Positions 1 through 14,121 of a DNA stretch of 64,000 nucleotides are shown piece after piece. The notes beneath the pieces are model-generated. The model was given only the letters and a program-made list of their open reading frames with translations. It was not told the origin of the DNA and did not search any database. The translations under genes and the position numbers were made by a program. Position 1 is the stretch's first letter, and each line of letters starts with the position of its first letter. This DNA comes from a virus (Duplodnaviria; Caudoviricetes): positions 128,001 through 192,000 of the IMG/VR virus record IMGVR_UViG_3300031867_000003, one strand, 5' to 3'.

Positions 1-3000
1 TATTTGAGCTCATCATACGATATGCCTTTAAGGGCGTCAGCATATTCCATAACCGCATCTTTCGCGTTCTGAATTTTGGTCTTACCGGCTTCGAATGCCG
101 AAAACTCGGCGGTATTACGATCTATTCCAAATGCTTCAGCACCAAGAGGAGATTCCCACGAACCGATTTTGCCCTCAAGGTCTTTCATAGCAGATTCATA
201 AGATGCTTCATCAACCTCGAAGTCGGCATTTACTTTGATACCATAATCATCGGCTAAATCTTGTGCTTCACGGAGAAAACGATTTGCACTTGCTTCATCG
301 CCTCGCTCCATTGCATCATCATAATATGATTTAAGGTCTGCAATACTACTCTTGAGATTCTTAAGGTTGCTTACGTATTCCTATGCCTGTCCTCGCTAGA
401 AATTTTGAGTAGCTGTCTGTACGGCATTCAGCTATCCTTGATACTGATCAATGACATCCTACTGAATCGCCAAATCATCGGCGCTTGCGCCTTCACGCTT
501 CATTTCGGCATATTTAAGCTATGCATTGGTAAGTTCATTAGTCCATTTCTACGTCTGAAGTTGAGCGTCTTCAATAGAACTGACGAACGCACCCATTCCA
601 CCATATTCCTCAGCTTTGCCAAACATGTCACGGAACCATTCTTCTCCGGCTCCAAATTGATGGGCGGCTTTAGCTAAATCGGTAAAGTTCATCACCAATC
701 CTTGTGTGCCGTCTTCATATGTTTCAAGTGTCGCCATACCGGCACTCTGCAAATCCATCATGAATTTATGTACGCCCTAGATATCATCGGTCATATATTT
801 AGAGAATTTATCATAGTTCTGTTTGAATCGTGTCGGATCGGATAAACCCCATTCGTCAAAGTAAGCTGCGCGGGTCTTGTAGTCGTCGGTGCCAATCAGA
901 CCTTTATCCCACATTTCTTTAGCTTCTTTGAGATAATTCATTGCCTTATCATAATTTGCTCCTTGATTTACAGTTTGATCCGCAAGTGCAATTTGACCAT
1001 GCTGTGAGAATTGTTCCATAAGTTGCTGATAAGCGGCAAATACTTGTGATTGCTGTTGCTATAAATCCGCAAGTTCTTGCTTTAATTTGCTAATACCCGC
1101 AGTATTTATATCACCGCTGGCATTCTCCATACGGTTAAGGGCTTCGGTAGTTTGATTGATTTTTGTTGTTAAATCATTGTTAGATAATTCATATTCTTGT
1201 TGCGCGAGACGCTGTAATTCGACAACGTTCGCTTTAACGCCGTCGGTTGTATTATAGAATACACCGGATAAATCGGCAGAAGAACCTAAGTCGCTAAATG
1301 CGGTGGATATTGCTTTGATTGTATCCGGAGTAATACCGGTAGGAGTGGTCATTTCCGAGAATGCGGACTAAATAGCAGAAGAGAGGTCTTGCGCTTGAGT
1401 AAGTAATAAATTACGAGCTTGATCATCATAGCCATAGGCGTCAGCAAGTGCTTGCGCCATGGATGATTCGTTTTGGCGGATTTGGTTAAGTGTATCTTGG
1501 TATTCTTGTTTGTTGTTTCTAAGTGCAGGAAGTTGATTCCTCAATGCCCTGTTTTGGTCTGATAAATTCTTTGCTTGCTGTCTGGATAAAGTCGCAAGAT
1601 TTTTGTATTCTTTTTCGTTAGCTTTGATACCTTTTGCCTAATTTACGGTAATTTCGTCATTAATAGCAGAAGCCTAGTCCTAGATATTTGTCATCTAATT
1701 TTGTAATACATTAAGATGAGATTCTGCTTCATTATACATTGGAGAAGTGTATTTCTGGAGACCGGATATAACTTCTTCAGCATCTAATGCTTCCTAATAC
1801 ATGCTTGCTGACTACTCAAGGTCATATATATCTGATTTTGGATTCCCATATCTTTGAGCAAGATCAAGGGCCTCAGACATAATAGATTCCTAAATTCCAA
1901 TCTGTTCTTTTGCATTATTCGCCTATAACTTTGCAAGATTATGAGAAATATATTCTCCTCTGTTTTCAATATCGGTGCGTTCTTTTTGTAACTAATCTCC
2001 GTTAGCTTTGGAAGTGGCATAATCCGTTTTTAGATTATTTAAATCTGTTTGCGCATTTTCTTTTCTGGTTTCTATCATTTCTGTTTCCGTGCTTGAAATA
2101 TTTGCTATAGCCTCTCTATAATCAGCTAATGCTTTATCATATGCTACCTAATCACGTCTATCAGCCGCTTCATTCATCCTTCCAAGTGCGGTATTGGCCT
2201 TATCGTGATATGCCTAAATATCTGATTCATATAATGGCATGACACTATTATTAAGTTCTTCCTCAGTTAAACGTTCGCCTTTTGCTTGACGGTTCTCATT
2301 TCTTGCATTTATTAAGTTTCGCTTTTGTTCATTTTTCTCTAAAACAGCTTCAGCCTCACGATCTTTAATAATCAAATCCCATTCAATCTTTTTATGATTA
2401 TACTCAGCTAAAATTTGCTATAATGTTGATTCTGCCGTAATCGTACCATCAAGCGTCAGTTCCCAAAGAACATTATAATCAAGTTCTTCGCCATTCTATG
2501 AGAGAGCAGTTAATACATCATTATATTTCTATTCGTTAAGATGAGAACCTGTCTAATCTGTATATGAAAACGTTTCTTTTAAACTGTTTTTTGCTGTTTC
2601 GGCAGAAACAGTAAGGTTATCATAAGATTCAATTAAATTATCAATATACGCCTGTGATGCCCTTGTGGCTTCCGGTGTGAGTGGACCTTTGTCTGCCTAT
2701 ACTTTTTTAAACTCTTTGATATATTCAGACAACTATTTAACCGCAGCGTTATTAATGCCTTCAAATGAAAAATCGTCCATACTTGGCATAGCATCTTGCA
2801 AATTTTTCATTTCTTCTGCTGTAAGTTTACCGTTTTCACGGTAAGACTCTAGTGCATTATTCAGTGATGATAAATTAGATTCATACTGTGATGCACTTTT
2901 GGAAAAATCTTCGTCATTGAGAATATCCGCAAGAGTACCGGTTCCGGCTTCTTCTTTAATCTAGGATAACTGGTTCAAATATTCTCTGAGGGATTCAATT

Positions 3001-6000
3001 GTATTGCCAACAAAATTAAAGTTTTGATTGTTCATCGCTGTCTGGGCAATTCTTTGTTCTTTTTGCGTTAAACTCTGTATGTCATCCCAAGATATCTTGC
3101 TTTTGCCTTGTTTATAGACATTTTTACCATTAGCATCTTGAGTTACCTCGCCTCCAAGTCTTTTGAATATGGCAGCTCGAGTGTCAGTAGCGTTCCAGTG
3201 GTAATCACCATTTTCATCCTCATATTTGTATTCAAGACCAACAAGAATTGTTTGCTTTATTTTATAATTTTCAGTTCCTTCGCCACCTGGGAAAATCGTA
3301 TTTAACACACCATTAATCTGATCTCTCATTTCTTTATTGGTGGCGTCATCAAATTCAAAATTAAAAATTTTAGATAAAGCTTCTTTTGATACGTCTCCGT
3401 TGCTAACAGCTTGTTCTATCGGCGCAAGTATTCTATTTTTAATATCATCATCAAAACTTTCGCTATTAGAACCTAACTGTTCATATAATGTATCATAATC
3501 GATATTATATAACTAAGATAAAATACTATCCGTTAAATCTTCGCCGAGATGTAAAAAGTTAGGATCTGTCTTTAAAGTCGAAATTAAATTAGGAACAAAT
3601 CCAGTCGCCCAATTTGCCGACTTCTAAACATTGGCAGACTTTATAGTATCTTGTGCTCTTTCTATATAACCATTAAGAATGTTCTGGTACCCGTCCATAG
3701 AACTAGATAACTAGTTTAAATCGTCCTATGTTAACTTAAATGTTATTTTTTCACCCTAATCTCCGTGGCTATAATAACCATAATCTACCCCAAGACTGCT
3801 CAGTACATTTTCTAGCGCGGATCTGGCCCCGGAACTTGTAGGAGCATCCCACACTTTTGACCCAGTAGAATTTATCTCTGCAATCTTATTCTGTATTTCT
3901 TGTACCTATGATATCTGTTTTTCCGCACCGGCAATTTCGTCGTCATAGTTTTTGTTTCCTTCAACGATTCCTTTAACTATACCAGGCATTTGTTTTTCAA
4001 TTTCATTTGCTTTTATTTTATTCTGTGCTTCAATTAATTCATTTAATTTATCTGTTGCCTATTGAGCATTTTCCCCTAAGTCAACCAAAGACTATCCGCT
4101 ATCTGTTACTCCTGTTTTTAAGGATGGAAATGTATCCGCGAGCTATTGATTGATTGCCAAAAACTCCTCATAATCTTCTGTTGAGAGTGAGAGATTTTTA
4201 ATTTGATTTCCTCTCATATAAACACCGGAACGAAGTTCATTATAACGTTTTCTAGCGTTTTCGCCAACTTCATTAACAGCGGTCATTTCTTCTCTTGCTT
4301 TTCTAGCTTCTCCCTATGCCGCTAATCCTTTATTTATTTTGTTTTCTCTATAATGTGCTAGATAATTAATCCCTTCGATCCCTTTACCAATCGCAGCCGT
4401 AATAGCCATAGAAATTGCACCTGTTGCAAGACCGGAGATAGCAGTTAAACCAACGTCTTTAATGAATGAGGTAGCTATACCCTTAAATGTTGCTTTCTCA
4501 TTAAGTGCCTTTTTAAAATCATCAACAAGCATACCTTTGCCGCCACGTTCTGCAATGCCGGCGATTATGTCTTGCGCTTCATCCTTAGCATTTGATAAAC
4601 CGGTCTGCCTAACATCTCTTACTCCATCCCAGCCAAAAAGCTATCCGACGGTAGTAGCATTTCTATTTCCAGCTATTCTTTTATTAAGCCATTCAATTGC
4701 ATCTTCCTTTGGTTGCGTGTTAAATAATGCGTTCTTAAGACTTTTAAAAAATCCCCCATTAGTAGAATCAAATCTAGTTTTCATATCCTTAAAGATATGT
4801 CCAAATTCCCAATCCCCCATACCGTTTTTACGGAATAATCCGTTTCCGGTAAACTGAAGAAATCCGCCGATTCCGGCTCCAAGAATTCCACTAAGGCCGC
4901 CGAATGCGTCTACTAACTACGTAACTACTTCAACGGCAGAAGTGCCGAGTTCAATGATATCTTTAAGCCATTCACTGTCAATTGTTACTGTTGCCAGTTG
5001 TTGTAAACTATTTTGAAGCTGTGCCATTTTTCCTTCTACAGAATCAAGATATGTGTTAAGCTCGTTTTGTGCCGATCCTTGTGAGTTCATTAAAGAGTCT
5101 TGATAGACATCTTTTAATAGCTGTGGATTTGATAATAGGCTACTTGCTGCTGCTGCACGCGTTTTTCCTCAATTATGTTAAACATGGTTCACAACACCAT
5201 GTGATTCGTAATAAACGAATCTCTTACACTTTCATGCAAGTTCTGACCATTTCTTCACCCTCAGCATCATCTGTTAGGGGCATACCTTTTCGGCGTACCA
5301 TAAGTTTGTACCCTACGATTATTCATAATCTGGTCGATGAACGTTCGCCAATATATATATCCAAAATATACATACAGGCGCTTCGATGCAAGAACAGCCA
5401 ATCTTTATGTTATAAAACCATCATAATATATTTTCATTATTATTGTGGTATAAAGCTCTAAGGCATTACCTGCAATTAGATATGTTCTTTATATATATTT
5501 CTATATATTGTGGCAAGCCGTTTGCCACCGTTTCAAGTAATAGCGACTATCTATTAGTGCCCAGTTTCTTATCTTCCTCACCAATTTCCTTAAATACCTC
5601 AGCGATACCGAGCATACGTTCGTATGTTGTTTTGTAAGTACCGTCGTCATTCAGTATATCAAAACCTTTATATCCGTTTGATTGCACCTTTGTTGCGTCA
5701 AGAATCGTTTGTCGCAGTTTCGATTGTGTAGTAATTAAACCATCGATTTCTTCGCCGGCTTCTTGCATGTCTTCTACGGAAGTGCCGCTCAATCTCAGTG
5801 AGATTGTCTTAAGGGATTGGCCAACCGTGAGAGGATCTTGAAGGACGGCATTTGCAGCAGTAGTAAGAGCCACAGCTTCGTCAAATGAATCCGATCATGT
5901 TAAAGATAGTTCGCAACGCTATCTTAATTTATTGATAAACAATTATCAATCTTTATCTATCAATAAATTCTTTACCTTTCGGCAAAGTCCCGACTATTTC

Positions 6001-9000
6001 TTCACCCTCACCATTACGTGGAGGGGCATACCTTTTCCAATTCCATTTGCGATTGAATTGTACAATTAGTCTGTGAACGTTTATCTTCAATTAAAAAGAT
6101 ACTTCGCTGCGCGATCTACCAATTCTTATTTTTTAAGACTATCATAAACAATTGCTTGCTTATTGTAGTAATAAGACTCTAAGGTTTTACCCGCAATTAG
6201 ATATGTTCTTATAATATATTTCTATATTATCGGGCAATTGTTTTTACCCGTTACTTGTAATGTACCAGCAGATTTCTGAAGTGACTCAGCTAACTCTGAC
6301 GTACTGATTGCGTAGTTATTGCCTACGTAGTTTAACTTATCGATGATTTCCGATTTATCAAGATCTTTATACGCTTGGCTCATTGCAGTTAATGATTCAG
6401 TTGCAGCATTAATGTCTTGGAATTCCGACACATTAAGAAGTACAGTTGACAATTCCGCACTTTTTTGTGCCTACTCAAACGACTCGCCCAGTCTTAACCA
6501 ATCCGCAGTACTTTCTTGAATTTGTTTAGACGTTGTCCCGACGCGATCGGCAGCCTCAAAGCTTCCGTGTTGTGCAAAATCTTTAAGAACACTAAGTGGC
6601 TCGTCAGACACTTTTCGCATTTCCGTGAGGGCAGTGTCAAGTTCTCTGACGATATTTACTCCTTGCTTGGCAATATTGATTACTTCATACAAATCCGCGT
6701 ATGTAAGTAAATATCTCGCCATTCCCTTGAACGAACCTTTAAGAGTCTCACCAAATGATTTGCCGACATCTCCGGCTTCCGTAGCCTAGGTTTTTATCCG
6801 CTCAAATGCTGCGGCGATTTCATCAAGATTACCGGCGGACGCACCATTTATTGCGTCTTGAAGGTTTTGAATTTGTGGGAAGTATTCAGTGGCAGCGGAA
6901 TTTTTATACATCCACTCTGACATACGGCGATTGAGAGTAGCAGCATCTTTTTCGTCGGCGGGAGAGTAATACCCTCCACTAGATCGTTGAACTACGTCAT
7001 TCAATCTGCCTCTAAAAGATAATACCTAAGCCTAAATCTAGTCACGTCTATCGGGGGTGGCTTTTTCATATTCCCCAGATATTTTAACCAAATTTTCAAA
7101 CTCTTCGTTTAAATCATGCAGAACGTTTACTCCATCTTCATTCCAGTTTCCATTGCCTAATTTTTGAAGAACTTCACCCATTTCCTCAAGGCTGTCGGTA
7201 AATGCAGACGTCTGCGCCTCATTCATAGTGTCATCAAATTGTTGTCTTAATTGTTTTAACGCATCCGATGCCTCACCTTGTGCGGTGACGAAAAGTCCAG
7301 TTTTATTTATCGCATTTTCATAAAAAGTTCCATATCTGTTTAAAAACGCCTATTCAGAATAATCCAACATCTATCCGTTTCTCTGCTTTTCATTAATTTG
7401 CGCATAACGCTCTGCATACTTAATAAGTGTTTGATATCCACGCTCAACATTTTCAAATTCATAATTCTCATTATCATTAAATGCGGACATCCCTGATTTT
7501 AAAACGTCCACATCTGCCATTTTTTGTCTATAAGTATCAAGAGCCGCATTAGGAACAGTCCCATCGTTTCTCTAATTCAATTTGTCAAGCGATTCATATG
7601 CTTTTTCTGCTTCCTCGCGATACTTTTCCATTGTTTTTATCGCCTGTTGTAGCTAATTGGCGCTTATCTCTCCAAGATTAAACATATCCTATGCATTAGA
7701 GGCTCGCTTTGCGGCATCATAGTATTGCTATATTTTACCGGCCTATTCACCGACATATTTAGATTCAGTAGCCTCCCATTCCTTTGCCAATCTGGCATCA
7801 TGTGAGGCAATAGCTCTATCTAAATCATCTCTGGATTTATAAGAACCATCTTTCGAAGTTACCCATTTGTCTAAAGCAGAGTCTGTCTATTCCTATGTAA
7901 TTTTCGATGCTTCCTTAAATTCATATATTTTTTCTATCGCTTCGTCCGCAGCTTCTGCTGTATCTTCCATCATTCTGACAATAGAACTTTTTACATTGTC
8001 CGGAATCACTTGCCCTTTTGCCTCATCTGTCAACATTTTATTATACGTATCTCTAGCTTCAATTGCCCTTTTTATTATATTAATTTGCTCTTCATATTCA
8101 TCCTTATTCTTTTTATTCACTGCAGCTGTTTTTTTATCCTAGGATTGTGCGGAGCCATTTTGAGCAGCTTCCCACGCTTTTATCCCTTCTTGATATTGCT
8201 CATCTGTAATATCATCTTTTATAGCCTCTAATTCACGCTTCGCGTCAGCAGCTTCTTGATATGCTTTTGTTAATCTAGAAACGGCCTCAGCCCATTCTTG
8301 TGTTTGTTTAATTTCAGGATTAGACTCGGCTTTTGCCTCTAGCTCATTCATTTTAGTTCTAGCGTTAAATAATTCTTTAAATTTATCAGTTTGTTCTTTA
8401 TAAAAATCACTAATCGTTTTATTTCGTTTTTTATTATCATCAGCTTGTGCCTTACCCTATGCCTCATAACGCTTACGCCCCATATTATATTCAGTGTTAC
8501 GCGCTTTTTGATATTGCTATTCTTCCATAGCGATTGCCATAGCATCTGATTTTTGACCTTCATATTCAGCATTTACATCCTTAAAACGTTGTTGAATAGA
8601 TCTTAATTTATTATTAAATTCCTCTAGGTCTTTGGATTTAAGATTGGAGCCGATATTTTTTTCAAGATCACTCAATTCTTTTTCTAAATCTGAGGTATCT
8701 ACATTAGACTTCTACATCTTACGCATGGTATTATGTATATCAGTAGTTAATTTATCTTTGGCAGCTGTTATGCTATATGGATTAAACTGAGTGTTTGCCT
8801 TTTGATTTTTTATAGCCTACTGCGCCGTTATTTTATATTCATTAATCGCAGCCCCTAGCTGTTCCTTTACTGTTTTCGGCATTTCTTGCCCAGCGTATTT
8901 ATCAAAGAAATCTTCGAATATTTTATTATACAAATTAGTAAGCTTTGTATCGTCCTCACTTGAAAAAGTTACTCCCGCATTATCTATATATTTCGCTTTT

Positions 9001-12000
9001 ATATTTTTAAGATTGCCCTTTTGCCTAGCAATAAGAGCATCGGTATTTTCAATGGATTTATTTCGCTTTTCGTTTTGTCTAAATTCTATTTCTTCATTTC
9101 TCTATTGTAACTTCGCCTAAACAATATCCGCAGACTCCTTTGCCCTTCTCTCGAAATCTTTTTTCTAATCTTGTCCAGGTTTATTATCAGCGCTATCGTA
9201 ATATCCATATAATTCATCGGTCATTCTCTGAAGCATATCATAGTATAATCCAAGTTCGTTTTGCATTGCGTCGGTGTTTTTACCTTGTTTTTCGGCATTT
9301 TTAATATTATTATCCAGCGTAAGCACTTTGTTTTGCATGCTTATTACTTGTTTTTCAAGGCTTTCATAAGTATTGTCTGTTTTAACCGATTCAAACTCAT
9401 TACCATCCTCATCGCGTATAATTCTAGTGGTTGCCTTTTCTCCATAGCCTAATCGCATAGTATAGGACGTTCTTTCGCCGTTTACTTTTGTTTCCCCAAT
9501 ATACGTACCTTTTCGATTATCAGAAGTATCACCTTGCTGAGTTACCTCAGATATAGCATCTGAATTTCTCTCAGCAGCTTTACCTTCATTATCAAGGCCT
9601 TTTGTCGCTTTCTTTGTGGCGTCAGCCGTCTTTTCACCAGATTCAGCAACTTTTCGGTTAGCCTCTTCAAATTTCTTCTTTTTTATCTCCGAAACCTCGG
9701 CAGCGTCACCCTCATTTTTTATTTCCTTAGTGGCGTCCCGAAGCGGTTTAGCTCCATCAGTTGTGTTTTTCGTAATTTTTACCGAAGACTCAGATAATAA
9801 TTCATTTAAATGTTGTTGATCATCAACTGATTTTTTAATATAACTTAGAAAATCATCTTTGCTAGATGGTGGATTAGATAAATATTCGTAAAGCTATGAC
9901 AATGCACCCTATGTATTAGTAGAAGTATCAAAGATGTGTCCAAAAGACTCATTTATCTCTTCCAAAAATGATATCGCATCTGAACCTTTTTTAGTTGATA
10001 AAGTACCAATACCAATAGTTCCAAGAATGTTGTTCCAGTCATCACCAAATTCTTCTCGGTCACTTTTAGAGATTCGTATTTTATTAGATGATACAAAACT
10101 TCTAATTTGTTTCCATAAATTCATATCGCCATATGATTCAATTACTCCGCTATCCCTAGAAAGAATATCAAACAGATTATCATAAGTTGGTGTTTCACCG
10201 TTTGCGGTTTCAACCAAAAGATTTCGAACTTCATTTTTTAATTGTCCAAATATTTTAGTGGACTTCACACCGAATTCATCACGAATGGCAGACGCTACCC
10301 TAGTTGTTTCTTTTTCTAAGTTTTGTTCATCAATTATAATATCGTCTATAGGCGACTCACTGGGTATACTTTTATCCCACATATTAGATATTTCATTAAA
10401 AGTATATCCAAGTTCTTTTGCTTTAGAATTAAATTGATCTATCGCGTCTGTAAACGGAAGATTTTTTTCTGTAACCTAAAATTCCAAGTCGTCTACTATA
10501 GACTACAAACTTTTTGGAGCCAACTTGGTCATATTTTCAAATTTCTAATGCGGCAAAATATCCTCGCCATTTTGTGAAATCTTCTTCCAGGATCCAGATA
10601 TTTCATCAAAAGCATATCCAACTGACTCGGCAAATTTTCTAACGGCCTCTTCACCTTTAATAGACTCCTTGGTTATTTGATCTAAGAAAGCACCATATCC
10701 GTCCGGAAGTTCATCCTCCGCCATTCCCATAGCATCTAAAATAGGCTATGTTCCCTCTGTGAATTTCAATATTTCACCATTTACACGACCATTTCTTTCA
10801 CGTTCGGCTACAAGTTCTTCCTATCTTTGAGCTATATGAGATTTAAACTCATCCATTGCCGCATCATATTCTTTTTGCCCAGTAGCAACGTCGGCTATTA
10901 GCTGATTTACAAAATCTTGATTTGCATCAGAATATCCCTCTATGGAGCGGATATCTTTTCCAAATGTTCGACGTCTGTCGTCTGGGACGGCAACTGGTGA
11001 AACTGGAGCCCCATCAGAATCTCCAGCTTTATGATTTTCATCATCTATAGCATCGGCTGCCTCTTCAATCTTTTCTGCCGTTTCTTTCCCAGATTCAGCA
11101 ACTTTTTCTTTATTTACTTTCGCGAATTCTTCTTTATATGGGATTGCCTCTTTGGCGGACTCGCCCTCGGTTTTTATTGCGTTTGCACCTTCGCGGAGAG
11201 AAGATAAGTCAATAGAAGATATGGTAGACTGAAATGTTGTGATAGATTTATTTAACTCATCAAAATTACCGGCAATGCTTTCCCAATTAATATTTGATAA
11301 TATAGAATCGTTACCACCTAAACTAAAAGCGTTCTATATAGCCTCTCCCATTTTTTCGGCGTTCTCAGCAACTTTCTGCATTGTTTCGTTAAGTTGCTCA
11401 AGAAATGATGGCGCTTTTGCGTCTTTCGGAAGAAGCCCCTTTGACATTACATTATGCAAATTGCCTATTGCATCTGTAAATAATTGGATTTGTTGTGTGT
11501 ATTCTTTTACGGAATCGGATTGCCCAATTTCATCATCAGCTTTTATTCTGGTCTAACTCAACGTTTCAAGTAACTGGTCTTTTAACTTCTGTTTATCTTC
11601 AGGAGACTTTGTAATTTCTGCCTTTTCACGAATTCTTTTACTTATATATTTGAAATCCGTTGCCGGAAAATTTGATTCCAACATTTGATCCCAAAATGAG
11701 TTTTCCCCTTTTCCGACACTTTCAGCGGTTCTCTATATAGAAGAGATGAATGCCATTATTTGTTTAATCTGGGTCTTTGAATCTGGTAATAGTTTAATTC
11801 TATCTGGATTAAACTATTCAACGAATTCCTAAACATTAGGGAACGCTTCCAAAAACCCGGAACTTCTTGGTGACTATGCCATAATATTTGCTAAAAGCTA
11901 TATATCACTAACATCTCCACCAAGCATACCTTCATCTTTTAATGATAATTTATATTTGTTTACGACGTCTAATATATTTTTATATGCTGCCTAATATCTT

Positions 12001-13619
12001 TCAGCCTAATTTAACCATTCTGTTTCTATATTTGCCTCAATTGCTGCGTCCGCTACATCGTCTTTAACATGCACATTAAACTATTGTTCTTTTCTTGATG
12101 TGGCTCTCGAAAAATCCCACATTTCTCTATTAAGTTGCAATAATGATTTCTGATTATTTCTAGCTTTTTGGTTAGTACCTTCTCCAAATCTACCTATAGC
12201 ATCAGATACCTAATTAACCACAGATAACAAAGACTAAAACTAACTAATTAACGGTTCTATTCCAGCGTCTGTATCTATTTGACCAAATGCAGAACTAATA
12301 TTTGTTATTTCCGTATTTAAATTTTCTAGTGTATTAATCAACTATTGAATATTTTCCGTATTCCAAGACGTAGAATCACCACTTGTAGCATGAATTTCTG
12401 AAGACATTTTTTCTTTTTTTTTATTAATATTTTCTATATGTTCCTCGGTATCATTTAAAGCCTATTCCGTTTCATCTATATTTGGCATTTTTATTTTTGA
12501 AAAATCAAAATCATTAATAGCCTATTTAATATCATTAAGTGCATTTTTAAGTTCATTTAATGCGTTTGTTGCGGAAGTTATTTGTCCCTCATCAATTTTA
12601 AATGTTAGTCCATTACCATCTTCTCCGAGAGCATCTAGGGACTACGAGACTTTATCTATAATATTTTGAAATTTCTAAAACGTTCCGTCATCTTGAAATG
12701 CTTTCTTAATTTTGCCAATAGAATCGGCTACGCCGGATTCGGTCTCATCTTCAACTCTATCAGCCATCTGTTTGGATGCCTCTAACTCCCTCTCAAGTTC
12801 TGCTCGCTGCTATTTTAATGACTTAACCTAGGACTTATTTATTTCATCTGGATTTCTTCCAAGATTCTATAAATTTTTATTTCTAACATCAACCAGTCTA
12901 GCCTATATGTCTTTATAGTTTTCAAACACGCCGGAATCTTTAATTATTCTGTTATCGGGGTTTAGAGCAGTTCTTAATTTTTTAGTAATATCAAATATTA
13001 TTTGAGAAAAATCTTTATCGTCAAACCCTATTAACTAACTCAAGTCTCCGCCTTGACCCAAATATTTAAATAAATTATCAATATAACCACGCAAATCACT
13101 TGCATTTTCCTTAGAAAATAGCCCGTCCAATTGAACATTTGATGTAGCAAGCTATTGTATCTTTCTATATCCTTGACTATTAGAATCAAGTAAATCTCTT
13201 TGTATTTTCCTAAAATTATTTTTTGCCTAGTTAGCATTTTTAATTTGTTGATTTATGTTATCAATATCAAAACCGATTACTTCCTCTGGTCTAACAGTTG
13301 TTTTTCCGGCTATCTGATTAACGGTTCTTCCAACATTTTCTAAATTGCTCTATACTTCTCGAAGAGAATTGCTAAGTTCGTCCATCCCTGCAACATTTAA
13401 ACCAAATAAATCTTCGCCGTTCTATCCTTTATACATCTTTGTTACATTTTTAATCGCGGATTCAATGTCCTTAATTGAGTCTAATATTTTTGATGTATCT
13501 ATATCTGCATTAAATTTAATTGGTTTTTTAGCTCTTCTTTCCAATTCGTCTATTTTTTTAGTGCCACTATCATCAACTTCAACTTTCAACGGCACAATCA
13601 CGGTTTCAGTTTCTTTCAT
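1..13619 (-). CDS. Tape measure protein, >4300 aa in window, runs off left edge; exons 13619-6246, 5891-5524, 5169-<1; many in-frame TAG (Gln)
   Basis: The ORF fragments starting at 13619, 10730, 10382, 9458, 8351, 8120, 7226, 7004, 6722, 6452, 5873, 4532, 3329, 1352, 1019 and 761 share one frame and end in TAG where inspected. TP901-type TMP core (VRELDTALTEMRKVSDE, ESTADWLRLG, KLNYVGNNYAIST). GGGGTGA RBS before ATG 13619. Confidence 0.92.
5170..5523 (-). ncRNA. Group I intron in tape measure gene (354 nt, no ORF)
   Basis: Core motifs: AATTGCAGGTAA (P), GTTCATCGACCA (R), AAGAAATGGTCAG (S); P7 GACCA/TGGTC; terminal G. Removal joins LLETVA|GKTRAAAASS in frame. Confidence 0.85.
5892..6245 (-). 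ncRNA. Group I intron in tape measure gene (354 nt, no ORF)
   Basis: The 5' exon ends ACGGGT and pairs with IGS GCCCG (U.G at splice site). P AATTGCGGGTAA, R GTTCACAGACTAA, S AAGAAATAGTCGG; terminal G. Splicing gives AGTLQVTG|DSFDEAVALTTAAN. Confidence 0.92.
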
Positions 13620-13633
13620 TATTACTCACCCCC

Positions 13634-14071
13634 TTATAAAATTCCATTTATATATTCAACAATTAAATCACTAATAGGCGTAGATGTTGGTACATTTGCA
13701 AATGACCATCCACCAGCACCATTGGGTCTCGGTCCACCATGAACACCATAATTAACGGCTTTATCAAACGCATGTCCAGAATCACCTGGGTAAGTTGTAC
13801 CCCATGGCGCCTCCCAAGAATTTACTCCCACCGTCCCAGAAGTAAAAGTATATACCAAATCACATCCTTCTATCCCGTGCCATCTTTCTTCCGGCTCTAC
13901 TTCTGCAAAACTATCAAAACCAAAAACACGATCATAACTACCTGGACCACCAGAACCGTACCATTCTGCCACGGCACCGCCAATAGCAGCAGGGATTTCT
14001 TCTTTTATTTTGTTTACCTATTCTTCGAGCGCAAGTTTTATTATCTAATCCGGTATAATATTTTTATTCAT
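13634..14071 (-). CDS. Hypothetical tail-region protein (145 aa, 2 TAG)
   Basis: ATG 14071 with AGGTG RBS reads through two TAGs into ORF 13634..13972; ends TAA. Confidence 0.7.
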
Positions 14072-14121
14072 AAATTGCACACCTACCTTAACGGTATATA
14101 ATTATACCGCTCATGTTATTA

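Noticed and set aside
5069-5461. 130-aa + strand ORF, and similar short ORFs at 27922, 28343 and 24417
   Set aside because: They overlap introns or lie antisense to real genes, with no RBS or motifs.
1-13619. Decayed prophage or pseudogenised structural genes
   Set aside because: The interruptions inspected are TAG only, in a constant frame without frameshifts, and fall at Gln-like positions; recoding explains them better.
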